The notes under the pieces were generated by a model. The model had not been told where the DNA came from and did no database searches. It worked only from the letters and a program-made list of their open reading frames with translations. A stretch of DNA of 64,000 bases from the NCBI GenBank assembly GCA_031370785.1, contig JANMQY010000023.1, forward strand, positions 42,746 to 106,745, in the 5' to 3' direction. This document shows, piece after piece, positions 9,134-18,782 of this stretch; position 1 is the stretch's first letter; the number at the start of each line of letters is the position of its first letter. The stretch is from Candidatus Eiseniibacteriota bacterium. Its GTDB lineage: Bacteria; Eisenbacteria; RBG-16-71-46. Position numbers and translations under genes: made by a program.

Positions 9134-11086
9134 TCAGCCCAGCTCGCCGATGCGCTGCCACAGAGATTCCAGCTCGGCGCGGGTACGTTCGTATTCGCCG
9201 ACCAGTCCCTTCGCCTTCGCGCCGTCGTGGTAGACGTCGGGGTCGGCAAGCTGCGCCTCGAGCAACTTGACCCGCGCTTCGCGCGACTCGATCTCCTTTT
9301 CGAGCGTCGCGATCTGCTTCTCGCGCTTCCGATCGCTCAGGTCCTGCTTCGCGCCCGGGCTTCCCGCGCCCTTGGCCGCGCGCGGCTTGCCTGCATCGCC
9401 CCGGGTCTGCGGCGTGTTCGCCGCCGCGGCCGCGACCGGCACCCGGATCGGCTCGCCGCCGGGAGCATTGAGCCGTGCGATGCGCGTGCTCTCGTAGTCA
9501 TCGTAGCCGCCGGGATAGAGCACGACCTTGCCGTCGTTCACCTCGATCACGCGCGAAGCGACGCGCGCCATGAGCGAACGATCGTGGGTGACCACCACGA
9601 CCGAGCCGGGGTACTGCTCGAGCGCGTCCTCCAGCACCTCCTTGCCGGCGAGGTCCAGGTGATGGGTGGGCTCGTCGAGCAGGATCAGGTTGGTGGGCGA
9701 CATGAGAAGCCGGGCCAGCGCCACGCGCTGGCGCTCTCCGCCCGAGAGCACGCGACAGATCTTGAACACGTCGTCGCCCTGGAACAGGAAGTTGCCGAGC
9801 AGCGAGCGCAGCCGCGGACGCCACTCGGCCGGAGCGACCTCTTCCAGCGCCTGGAGCACGGTGAGCGAGGGCTCGAGCGTCTCGGCGGCATGCTGCGCGA
9901 AGTAGGCTAGCTTTGTATGAGGCCAGGTCTCGCGCTCGCCTTCGCGCGGCGCGAGCTGTCCGGCGAGCACGCGCAGCAGCGTGGTCTTGCCCGCGCCGTT
10001 GGCGCCGACGATCGCGACCTTGTCGCCACGCTCCAGCTCGACCCGCGCATGTCCGAAGATGTCGCGCGACCTGTCGTAGCCGAACGCCACGTCCTTGAGC
10101 CGCACCAGTGTGCGCCCGGCGTGAGGCGGGTTGGGGAAGTGGAAGCGAATGCGCTGCGCCTTGCGCGGGATCACCATCCGCTGATCCTTCAGACGGGCGA
10201 TCTGCTTTCGCTTGCTCTGCGCCTGGGCCGCCTTGGTGTTCTTCGCGCCGAATCGCTCGACGAAGCGGGAAAGCTGCGCGATCTTGGCGTCGAGCTGCAC
10301 GTTCTGCGATTCCATCTGCTCGCGACGCAGCTCCTTCTCCTCGAGATAGCGCGTGAACTTCATCGGATAGTCCGCGAGCTCGCCGCGGTCGAGCTCGCGG
10401 ATCTCGGTGGCGACCCGGTCGAGGAACACGCGATCGTGTGAGACCACCACCAGCCCGCCGTGAAAGTCCTCGAGATAGTCCTCGAGCCACTCCATCGCGG
10501 GCAGATCCAGATGGTTGGTGGGCTCATCGAGAAACAGCAGGGTGGGATCGGTCAGCAGCAGCGCCGCCAGCGCGGCGCGCATGCGCCAGCCGCCCGAGAA
10601 CTCGGCCAGCGGCCGGACCTGATCGACGGTCGAGAAACCGAGGCCCGAGAGCACGCGCCGCGCCTCCGGCTCGAGCGTGTGCTCGTCGTTCAGCTCGAGA
10701 TGATGCTGCAGCTCTCCGACCCGCTCGAGCAGGGATTCGAGATGCGGATCATCCTGGGTGATGCCGCTCAGGCGCTGGTGGAGCGCGTCCAGCTCCTCGC
10801 GCATCCCGATCAGGTGCCGATGTGCCTCCATCGCCCGTTCGAGCACGGTGCCGTCGTAGCGCTCGGCCGCCTCCTGCGGCAGGTAGCCGAGACGCGTGCC
10901 GCGGGCGAGGACGCGGGCACCCACCTCGGGCGTGTACTCGCCGAGCATGACCCTGAGAAGGGTGGTCTTGCCCGCGCCATTGGGGCCGACCAGCGCGATC
11001 CGGTCGCCGGGGGACAGTACCCAGTTGAGGTCCGAGAAAAGGACCCGGTCGCCGATCGAATACTTGAGGTTCTGAAGCTGGATCAA
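9134..11086 (-). CDS. ABC-F family ATPase (YheS/Uup-like)
   Basis: Two ABC domains (GPNGAGKTT, FSGGWRMR, LDEPTNHLD; GANGAGKTT, LSGGERQR, LDEPTHHLD), no TM, coiled-coil C-terminus; TTG start after AGGAG. Confidence 0.93.
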   Translation of the reverse strand: MIQLQNLKYSIGDRVLFSDLNWVLSPGDRIALVGPNGAGKTTLLRVMLGEYTPEVGARVLARGTRLGYLPQEAAERYDGTVLERAMEAHRHLIGMREELDALHQRLSGITQDDPHLESLLERVGELQHHLELNDEHTLEPEARRVLSGLGFSTVDQVRPLAEFSGGWRMRAALAALLLTDPTLLFLDEPTNHLDLPAMEWLEDYLEDFHGGLVVVSHDRVFLDRVATEIRELDRGELADYPMKFTRYLEEKELRREQMESQNVQLDAKIAQLSRFVERFGAKNTKAAQAQSKRKQIARLKDQRMVIPRKAQRIRFHFPNPPHAGRTLVRLKDVAFGYDRSRDIFGHARVELERGDKVAIVGANGAGKTTLLRVLAGQLAPREGERETWPHTKLAYFAQHAAETLEPSLTVLQALEEVAPAEWRPRLRSLLGNFLFQGDDVFKICRVLSGGERQRVALARLLMSPTNLILLDEPTHHLDLAGKEVLEDALEQYPGSVVVVTHDRSLMARVASRVIEVNDGKVVLYPGGYDDYESTRIARLNAPGGEPIRVPVAAAAANTPQTRGDAGKPRAAKGAGSPGAKQDLSDRKREKQIATLEKEIESREARVKLLEAQLADPDVYHDGAKAKGLVGEYERTRAELESLWQRIGELG

Positions 11087-11149
11087 GGGTTCTCCTGTGT
11101 CCGTCGCGGGCCCTGCCGCATTCGAGCGCAAGCCCTGGCGCGGACAGCG

Positions 11150-11179
11150 TTGACACTGCCGAGGGGCGGGCCGGATAAT
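11150..11179 (+). promoter_or_regulatory. Putative sigma70 promoter
   Basis: TTGACA-N18-GATAAT upstream of the 11251 CDS. Confidence 0.55.
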
Positions 11180-11250
11180 CCCTCCGGCTCCGCGACCACC
11201 TCGTGCCTGTTCCTCATTGCCTTCGCAACCGCCGGGAAAGGACCCCACCC

Positions 11251-13917
11251 TTGCGCCGAAAGCTTCGCAATGGGTGGTCCATTCTGCTGACCCTGGCTGC
11301 GCTGCTGATCGCGCTGCCGGGTCCGGCCCTCGCGGCCTGGATGCAGGCCCCTGCGCCCTATCGGCCCAAGGACTTCACGATCATCAAGAAGGATGGTCTC
11401 TACCATCTCTTCTACATCCGGCGCAATGTGACCCTGCCCATGGCCCAGACCGAGAGGGACTTCGGGCACGCGGTTTCACCGGACCTGTACAACTGGCAGC
11501 AGCTGGCGCCGGTGCTCACGGTTCGCGACTCGGCGTGGGACAACCTGCACGTGTGGGCGCCCTCGGTGATCGAGAGGGACGGAGTCTACTACCTCTTCTA
11601 TACCGGGGTCAGCGACGTTCCCGGGCTGTACAACTCCTATCAACGCATGGGCGTCGCGACCTCGACCGATCTCATGACCTGGAACCGGGTCGACCCGCCG
11701 ATCTTCAGCTGCGATCAGGTGCCGTGGGCGTTCTGCGATTCGCTCGAGGCCCTCAACGCGTTCCGCGATCCGTTCGTGATGCCGGATCCCGCTCAGCCCG
11801 GGCGCTTCCTCATGTACTACACGGGCAACCTCGCCCACGATTCGACACGGACCGTGGTCGGGGTGGCGGGATCGAACGGCGATCTCACCCAGTGGTCCGA
11901 CATCAAGCCGCTGCTCGCCACGCACCAGAGCTACTCGGGCAACACGCTCACCGAATCCCCGCATCTGTTCCAGCACGACGGCACCTGGTACATGCTGTTC
12001 ACGACCGGCGCGACGCAGCCGCTCTCATACGCGACCAGCCCCGATCCCACCGGCGATCCCGCGAGCTGGACCTATCGCGGCCGGCTCGGCACCATGCTCG
12101 GAGGGAACACGGGCGCGTGGTTCGCGTCCGAGTACCTGCGTGACGGACTGAACGACCTGCTTGCGTTCGTGAACTCGGATCGCGTCCAGATCAACCGCAT
12201 CGTCTGGCATCCCGATGGAACGTTTCACCTCGTCCAGCCCGATCTGTTCCACGTGGTGAAAATGAGCTGGGGACAGGACACTGTGCCGAGCGGGCACCCG
12301 GTGCAGCTGAAGTTCGTGGCTGCGAATGGCACCGGTCGGGTCGCCTTGCTCGAGGCCGCCGTGCTCGGCTCCAACGGAGTCGAGACTCCGGCGCCGCTCG
12401 ATTCGCTCGGCCTGCCCGCATCCTTCACGCTGCCGCGGGACACCTGTTCGTTCACGTGGTACGCGCGGCGCTGGCCGAGCACGGGGCTGGAGCCGAGTCG
12501 GGTGATCGTGCGCCTGGTCGATCACACCGCACGCACGGTCACGCCGATTGTCGTGCTGCCCGATACGACCACTCCGCCTCCTTTCCGGGTCACGAGTCTC
12601 GACTGGCAGTCGTCGCTGGTGATGCGGTACGAGGACGTCCCGATCATCATCAACGCGATCGCAGGCGTGGGGCATGTCGCGCCGATCGAGGCATTCACGC
12701 TGGATTCGACCGGGACCGAGACCCTCGCGCCGCTCGATTCGCTCGGGCTGCCCGCCAGCATCGCGCTCACGGCCGACACCACGGTGTTTCACTGGACGGC
12801 GCAGATCTATCCGTCGGGGACGCCGCCGCGCGAAATGCGGCTCCGGCTGCGCCTGGCCGGGGACACGCTCGCGACCGGCGTCATCCGGGTGGTGCCCGAC
12901 ACGATCCCGGTCTTCGACACCTTCCGGGTGGAAAGCATGCAGTGGAGCGCGGACCAGGCACTCATCGGAACGCAGGTGACGCTGAAGATCGTCTCGCACC
13001 TGAGCGGCGGACAGGTGATCACCCTGATCCCCTATGTGCTCGACTCGCTCGACACTGAAGTCGAGGTTCGTTCCGATTCGGTCTCGCTGCCTTTCGAAAT
13101 CTCGCTCGTATCCGACACGACCAGTATCGAGTGGACGGCGCGCATCTACCCGTTCGACCACCCGAAAATGCGGATGCGGGTCCGTCTCGACTCGGACACT
13201 CTGGGGGCGCAGCTGATCACGGTGCGGCGCGACACGACCGTCGCGCCGCCGCCCGAGACGCTCCAGATCACGCGCTTCGACTGGGCCGCGGACAGTGTCC
13301 GGCGCCGCCGGGTTCTGCCGCTCGAGATCGTTGCCCGCGACTGGGGAGGGCGCTTCGCGCGCCTCGCCGCGTTCACCGTGGACATGGAGGGTACGGCGTC
13401 GGCGGCGCCGCTCGAGCCGCTCGGGCTTCCCGACTCGGTCGCGCTGGTCGCGGACACGACGCGCTTCGAGTGGACCGCGGCCACCTGGCCGGACACGACT
13501 CAGCTCACACGCCTGCGCCTGCAGGTGGTCGGCGATACACTGATGACCCGAGTGCTGAGCGTGCTTCCGGACAGCGTCACCGCGGTCGAGCCGCCGCTGA
13601 CCGGCCCCGAGGGCGGCGCCGATCCGACCGGACCGACCGAAGAGCGCGTGAAGCTTCGTAGCCAGCGGCACGGAATGTCCTGCTCGATCGGTTTTGTGAT
13701 CGAGCTCGAGGCGCCGACGCCCGCGCGGCTCGAAGTGTTCGACATCGCGGGACGACGCGTCCGCCTGATCGCGAACCGCACGCTCCCCAGGGGGGCGACC
13801 GTGCTGCCATGGGATGGCCGCGACGGCTCGGGGCTCGCCGCGGACGCAGGCGTCTACTTCGTGCGCCTGACGACTCCGCGCGTGACGCGCCTGATGCGCA
13901 CCGTGGTGCTGCGCTGA
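11251..13917 (+). CDS. Secreted GH32-like propeller, four beta-rich repeats and FlgD-Ig C-terminal domain
   Basis: Signal peptide; RPKD, YHLFY, GHAVSPDL, WAPSV, FRDPF, TESP; four ~113-aa repeats; EVFDIAGRRVR..WDGRDG..AGVYF. Start chosen at TTG after GAAAGGA. Confidence 0.8.
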   Translation: MRRKLRNGWSILLTLAALLIALPGPALAAWMQAPAPYRPKDFTIIKKDGLYHLFYIRRNVTLPMAQTERDFGHAVSPDLYNWQQLAPVLTVRDSAWDNLHVWAPSVIERDGVYYLFYTGVSDVPGLYNSYQRMGVATSTDLMTWNRVDPPIFSCDQVPWAFCDSLEALNAFRDPFVMPDPAQPGRFLMYYTGNLAHDSTRTVVGVAGSNGDLTQWSDIKPLLATHQSYSGNTLTESPHLFQHDGTWYMLFTTGATQPLSYATSPDPTGDPASWTYRGRLGTMLGGNTGAWFASEYLRDGLNDLLAFVNSDRVQINRIVWHPDGTFHLVQPDLFHVVKMSWGQDTVPSGHPVQLKFVAANGTGRVALLEAAVLGSNGVETPAPLDSLGLPASFTLPRDTCSFTWYARRWPSTGLEPSRVIVRLVDHTARTVTPIVVLPDTTTPPPFRVTSLDWQSSLVMRYEDVPIIINAIAGVGHVAPIEAFTLDSTGTETLAPLDSLGLPASIALTADTTVFHWTAQIYPSGTPPREMRLRLRLAGDTLATGVIRVVPDTIPVFDTFRVESMQWSADQALIGTQVTLKIVSHLSGGQVITLIPYVLDSLDTEVEVRSDSVSLPFEISLVSDTTSIEWTARIYPFDHPKMRMRVRLDSDTLGAQLITVRRDTTVAPPPETLQITRFDWAADSVRRRRVLPLEIVARDWGGRFARLAAFTVDMEGTASAAPLEPLGLPDSVALVADTTRFEWTAATWPDTTQLTRLRLQVVGDTLMTRVLSVLPDSVTAVEPPLTGPEGGADPTGPTEERVKLRSQRHGMSCSIGFVIELEAPTPARLEVFDIAGRRVRLIANRTLPRGATVLPWDGRDGSGLAADAGVYFVRLTTPRVTRLMRTVVLR
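12247..13580 (+). repeat. Four tandem ~113-aa domain repeats within the CDS
   Basis: Units start at 12247, 12583, 12922 and 13261; shared F(R/H)V...W, (AP)LDSLGLPAS, L..DT..F.W.A..(W/Y)P. Confidence 0.85.
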
Positions 13918-13924
13918 GCCGCGA

Positions 13925-15043
13925 CTAGGAAGTCAGTCGCTCCGGGTTCAGCCCTTCCAGATCGGGGACCACGAAGCGGCCGTCCTTGCGCACCAGCTCG
14001 CCGTCGAACCGGATCTCTCCGCCGCCGTAGTCCGGCCGCTGAATGAGCACCAGGTCCCAGTGGATCTGCGAGCGGTTGCCGTTGTCGGCGATGGTATAGG
14101 CCTGGCCGGGCGTGAAGTGCAGCGATCCTGCGATCTTCTCGTCGAACAGCGTGTCCTTCATCGGCGTCGTGATGTACGGATTGAATCCCAGCGAGAACTC
14201 GCCGATGTAGCGCGCGCCCTCGTCGGTGTTCAGCAGATCGTCGAGCCGGCCCTGCGGGCTTCCGACCGCCTTCACGATGCGCCCCCCTTCGAAGGTGAAG
14301 GCCAGGTTCTCGAAGGTGGTGCCGAGGTAGAGCGACGGCGTGTTGTAGGCGATGGTTCCCTGGACCGAGTCGCGCACCGGTGCGGTGAAGCACTCGCCGT
14401 CGGGCAGGTTGCGGCGGCCCTCGCAGGGAACCACCCCGATTCCCTTGATGCTGAACGAGAGGTCCGTGCCCGGGCCGTGGATCTGCACGCGGTCGGTGCG
14501 GGCCATGCGGGCCTCCAGCGGCTTCATCGCGTCGCTCATGCGCGCGTAGTCGAGCGTGCACACCCGGTAGTAGAGATCCTCGAACTGTTCGGTGCTCATG
14601 TTCGCCATCTGCGCCATCGAGGGCGTGGGATAGCGCAGCACGACCCAGCGCGTGTGATTGACTCGATAGTCGAGATGGACCGGCTGCGCGACCAGCCGGG
14701 TGTAGAGCCCCATGCGATCGACGGGCACGTCGGAGAGCTCGGAGCTGTTTTCGGCGCCGCGCAGACCGACGTAGGCCTGGACCTTCTGCATCTGGAACAG
14801 CTCGAGCTCGCTCTGAAGCTGGAACTGGGCTTCGTTGCCGCCGGCGATCAGGCTCCGATTCACCACGTTGCTGCGCAGGAACACGACTGGGATCGCGCCG
14901 GCGCGCTGCGCTTCCTCGACCAGATCGAGCACCAGCCCGTCCGCAACGTCGAAAGCTTCGATCAGCACGCGCTCGCCGGGCTCGAGCCGGGTGGAGTGGT
15001 GCACGACCACCTTGGCGAGGCGGGCATTACGTGGGTCGCGCAT
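13925..15043 (-). CDS. Aminopeptidase, M29 family
   Basis: NLPDGECFTAP, GARYIGEFSLG, LFDEKIAGSLHFTPG, NRSQIHWDLV. Confidence 0.93.
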   Translation of the reverse strand: MRDPRNARLAKVVVHHSTRLEPGERVLIEAFDVADGLVLDLVEEAQRAGAIPVVFLRSNVVNRSLIAGGNEAQFQLQSELELFQMQKVQAYVGLRGAENSSELSDVPVDRMGLYTRLVAQPVHLDYRVNHTRWVVLRYPTPSMAQMANMSTEQFEDLYYRVCTLDYARMSDAMKPLEARMARTDRVQIHGPGTDLSFSIKGIGVVPCEGRRNLPDGECFTAPVRDSVQGTIAYNTPSLYLGTTFENLAFTFEGGRIVKAVGSPQGRLDDLLNTDEGARYIGEFSLGFNPYITTPMKDTLFDEKIAGSLHFTPGQAYTIADNGNRSQIHWDLVLIQRPDYGGGEIRFDGELVRKDGRFVVPDLEGLNPERLTS

Positions 15044-15206
15044 GAGACCTCCGGAGCGTCTGTGCGTCGGATCGAGATCGAAGTGGAGCGTCAGGCAGGG
15101 CGGGAAATCTATCACAGCCGGGCATCGGTTTGACGCAGCGCCGCACGGCGCGGCACTCTCGCGATTCACTGCTCCCGCCCGGCCATCCCGCTTTCCCGGA
15201 GGCTTC

Positions 15207-16295
15207 ATGTCGCGCGTTCGCGTGGGCCTACTCGGTACTTCCTTCGGCCGTCTCGTGCAGGCGGCCGCCTTTCAGCGCCATCCGGGCTTCGAGCTGGTCG
15301 CGATCGCCGGATCGAACGAGGAGAAGACGCGGCGCATCGCCGGCGAGCTCGGCCTGGCGCAGGCGTTCGGAGACTGGCGGCGCCTGCTCGCCGAGGTGAA
15401 GCCGGATCTGGTGAGCATCGCGACGCCGGTCGACCTCCACCATCCCATGATGCTCGCGGCGCTCGAGGCGGGAGCGCACGTCCTGTGCGAGAAGCCGACC
15501 GCGCTCCACCGCTTCCAGGCCCTGGAGATGCGCGACGCCGCGAGCGCCCGCGGCCGGGTCGCCGCGATCAATCACGAGTTTCGGTTCTTCCCGGCGCGTC
15601 GGCTCGCGCTCGAGATCGTGCGAGCGGGCGGCATCGGCGTGCCGCGTCGGGGCGAGATTCTCGGGCGTTATCCGATCTGGGCGACGCCCGGCTCGCGCGG
15701 GATGAGCTGGCTCTCGGACCGCGCGCGCGGCGGCGGCATTCTCGGCGCGCTCGGCTCGCACCACACCGACTGCCTGCGCACGTTCTTCGGCGAGCCCCAG
15801 AGCGCGCTGGCCTCGGTGCGCGTGGACCAGCCCCGGCGCGGACCGACCCCTTCCGATCCGTCGAGCGCTCTGGCGACCGCCGACGATTCGTGCACGGTGC
15901 AGTACGCCTTCGCCGGCGGCGCGACCGCGCTCATCGACCTGAGCGGGTGCACGCCCTACCGGTGGGAGCGTTTCGAGATTCACGGCAGTGAAGCGTCCCT
16001 GCGCTGGGATGAGACCGGCTACCATCTGTGGCGGCTCGCGGTGGGGAAGGAGCCCGAGGAGTTGCCGATCCCGGCCGCGCTCGCCCTCGCGCCGCGCGAG
16101 GGCGATCCGGCATTGGTCGCGCCGTTCGGCGCCCTGATCGAGCGGCTTCACCGCGCGATCACCGAACGCGTGCCGATGGAGCCCAGCTTCGACGATGCGG
16201 TCGCGGTCCAGTGTGCGCTCGATGCGGCGCGCGCCTCGAGCGACGCCGGGACGAGGATCTCGGTGGATCATCCGGTTCCGGCCGCGCGCGAGTGA
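15207..16295 (+). CDS. Gfo/Idh/MocA family oxidoreductase
   Basis: Rossmann-like N-terminus, AGAHVLCEKP, NHEFRF, GGGILGALGSH. Confidence 0.92.
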   Translation: MSRVRVGLLGTSFGRLVQAAAFQRHPGFELVAIAGSNEEKTRRIAGELGLAQAFGDWRRLLAEVKPDLVSIATPVDLHHPMMLAALEAGAHVLCEKPTALHRFQALEMRDAASARGRVAAINHEFRFFPARRLALEIVRAGGIGVPRRGEILGRYPIWATPGSRGMSWLSDRARGGGILGALGSHHTDCLRTFFGEPQSALASVRVDQPRRGPTPSDPSSALATADDSCTVQYAFAGGATALIDLSGCTPYRWERFEIHGSEASLRWDETGYHLWRLAVGKEPEELPIPAALALAPREGDPALVAPFGALIERLHRAITERVPMEPSFDDAVAVQCALDAARASSDAGTRISVDHPVPAARE

Positions 16296-16440
16296 GTGAA
16301 AGCGCCGGCTCGGCGAACCGAGCGGCGAAAGCCTCGAGCGCGGCGTGGCGGGTTGGACCCTGCTTGCGCCGGCCTCTATACTGCTTGCGCAACTAAGGTT
16401 TCACAGCACGCCACAGCACCGGCCGAGGAGGGAGTCCGTC

Positions 16441-17169
16441 ATGGCTGACTGGGATGTGATCGCCAAGCAGCGCCTGACCGAAGACTGGACCACGCTGCGT
16501 GCCGCGTATCTGCCGCTGAATCAGGCGATGCGCCGCACGGTGGAGTTCCTCGAGAAGGGCGACGGAAGCTTCTCCGACCTGCTGGTGCTCTCCCGCGAGC
16601 GCCTCGAAGGATCGCTCAAGAACCTGACCGCGCTGTGCAACCGTCGCTCGCCGTGGGTGCGGCTCGAGGCGATCCGGAACCTGCGCGTGCTCGGCACCGG
16701 GCTCAAGGGCGCCGCCAACGACGACCCGCGCGCGCTCCTGCGTTATCTGTTCGCGCTGAGCGAGCTGCTCACCAACGTGTGGAAGGACGCGCCGACCGAG
16801 GCGCGCGTCACCGAGCACCTGAAGGTGGTCGGCACGCCGGACTTCTGGTTCGGCTGCGACTGCTGCGCGGTCGGCATCCTCAAGCCGATCGCCCCCGACG
16901 ACCCGCCCGATCTGGTGCGAGGCAAGGAAGTGCGGCTGGTGTGGGAAGTGGACGCGCTGTTCGCCTGGACGCTCGATGAGTTCGAGGACTACCTGGCGAG
17001 CGAACGCTACACGCTGCCGACCACCGCGAAGATCGCGGCCACCGATGACCTCGGCGTGCCGGTCGTGGACGTTCCTTCGGAGAGTCTGCGCCGCGGCGGC
17101 GAATGGTTCGAGGGTCAGGGTGGAGGGCTGTTCGGCCCGCTCGATCTCAAGTATCTCGACCTCGGCTGA
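16441..17169 (+). CDS. Hypothetical protein
   Basis: GAGGAGGGAG RBS, host-like GC3 codon bias; contains CDCC; no family recognised. Confidence 0.75.
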   Translation: MADWDVIAKQRLTEDWTTLRAAYLPLNQAMRRTVEFLEKGDGSFSDLLVLSRERLEGSLKNLTALCNRRSPWVRLEAIRNLRVLGTGLKGAANDDPRALLRYLFALSELLTNVWKDAPTEARVTEHLKVVGTPDFWFGCDCCAVGILKPIAPDDPPDLVRGKEVRLVWEVDALFAWTLDEFEDYLASERYTLPTTAKIAATDDLGVPVVDVPSESLRRGGEWFEGQGGGLFGPLDLKYLDLG

Positions 17170-17251
17170 GTTGGTCGTACCAGTCACAGCAACGCTCGGG
17201 CGGGTGAGGGCCGTGCCCCGCCGGACGCATTCACACAAGGAGGGTTACATC

Positions 17252-17656
17252 ATGAAGGGTTTCCTTACGGTCGCCATTCTCGGCGCGCTGACCCTTTTCG
17301 CGGTGTATGCGATCGCCGACGAGAAGATGAGCGACATGAAGATGAAAGCCACCTCGTCCAGGTCGTGGACGGGCGAGGTCGTGGACACCGGCTGCTATCT
17401 CGCGCAAGAAGCCAGGGGCGCGAAGCACAAGGAGTGCGGAACCAAGTGTGTCGCGAACGGCATGCCGATGGGCCTGCTGACCAATGACGGCAGGCTCTAC
17501 CTGCTGACGATGGATCACGACAATGCCGATCCCTACAACCAGCTCAAGGAGTGGGTGGGTTCGATGGTCGTGGTCACGGGCACGCAGCTCGAGCGTTCCG
17601 GAATGAAAGCGATCGATGTGACCGGAGCCAAGCCGGTCGCGGTGAAAGCGAAGTAG
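17252..17656 (+). CDS. Secreted Cys-containing hypothetical protein (OB-fold-like)
   Basis: AAGGAGG RBS; signal peptide; TGEVVDTGCYL..HKECGTKC..GMPMGLL. Confidence 0.8.
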   Translation: MKGFLTVAILGALTLFAVYAIADEKMSDMKMKATSSRSWTGEVVDTGCYLAQEARGAKHKECGTKCVANGMPMGLLTNDGRLYLLTMDHDNADPYNQLKEWVGSMVVVTGTQLERSGMKAIDVTGAKPVAVKAK

Positions 17657-17672
17657 CACGCGGCGGAACGGA

Positions 17673-18458
17673 GTGAAGAGGCGGGACCGCCTCTCACTCC
17701 GTTTCCGTTTCCCGCACGTGCGCAGACTCATCGGGGTCGTCGTCGCGCTGATCGCGCTGTTCATGGCGTGGCGCACCGTGAAGCCGGATCTTCCCGCCGC
17801 CGAGCGCGGCCGCCGGCTCGCGGAGCGTCTCGGCTGTTTCGGCTGTCACGGCCCCGAGGGCACCCGCGGCGCGTTCAATCCCGGCCGCCTCGACAAGACC
17901 GTTCCCACCTTCGAAGGCGACGTCATGATGTACGCGAAGACGCCCGCCGAGATCCGCGAGTGGATCGAGAACGGTTCGACTGCGCGCAAGCGCGAGAGCC
18001 GGACCTGGCGCGAGCAGCGCGAGAGGGGCGTGCTGCGGATGCCCGCCTTCAAGGACCGGCTCGGACGGCGCCAGATCGATGACCTGGTCGCATTCGTTTG
18101 GGCGATGGCCGGCGCCGAGATCGCCGACTCGCTGGCCAGGGCCGGACTCGAGCGCAGCGAGAAGCTGGGCTGCGCGGGATGCCACGGTCCGGGCGGAAGG
18201 CTGGCGCGCCGCAATCCGGGCTCGCTCAAAGGCTACGTGCCGTCGTGGGACCGGGACGACTTCGCGGACCTGGTGCGCGACAGCTCGGAGTTCCGCCAGT
18301 GGGTCGAGCACGGGGTCAGCGACCGCTTCGATCGCAACCCGATCGCGAAGTCGTTCCTTCGCCGAGCGGTGCTCAAGATGCCGGCCTACGAGAAGCACCT
18401 CGAGCCCGGCGATGTTCCGGCCCTGTGGGCCTACGTGAAGTGGCTCCGAAAGAGCTAA
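17673..18458 (+). CDS. Membrane-anchored diheme c-type cytochrome
   Basis: CFGCH and CAGCH heme motifs, each followed by an MPA axial-ligand segment; N-terminal TM. Confidence 0.88.
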   Translation: MKRRDRLSLRFRFPHVRRLIGVVVALIALFMAWRTVKPDLPAAERGRRLAERLGCFGCHGPEGTRGAFNPGRLDKTVPTFEGDVMMYAKTPAEIREWIENGSTARKRESRTWREQRERGVLRMPAFKDRLGRRQIDDLVAFVWAMAGAEIADSLARAGLERSEKLGCAGCHGPGGRLARRNPGSLKGYVPSWDRDDFADLVRDSSEFRQWVEHGVSDRFDRNPIAKSFLRRAVLKMPAYEKHLEPGDVPALWAYVKWLRKS

Positions 18459-18504
18459 GCCGGCCTTGGGGTTATGGCGGCCGGCAGATGCGTTCGCTGC
18501 CGGT

Positions 18505-18606
18505 CTAGCGGCGGCGGGTCTTCTTGAGCGCGCGGGCTTTGTCCTTCTTCTTGCGCTGCGAATCCTTGGCGCGCTTACGACGCTGGCGGTGCTTGAAGGA
18601 GGTCAT
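18505..18606 (-). CDS. Small highly basic protein (33 aa)
   Basis: MTSFKHRQRRKRAKDSQRKKKDKARALKKTRRR; AAGAGG upstream; host-like codons. Confidence 0.6.
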   Translation of the reverse strand: MTSFKHRQRRKRAKDSQRKKKDKARALKKTRRR

Positions 18607-18782
18607 GAACGTCCTCTTGTGAAGGGAACCGGGCGCCGGATGGGCGCGGCAGCGGACCTTAGCCAAGATCGCTTCAAACCGCAAGAAGCGCGCGGGCATC
18701 TCGAATGCTGCGGACCGTTCCCGCCCGGTCCGAGCCATCGACACTCTCGCCACCGCGGTCCCCTTGCCGCGAGGAGAACGAC

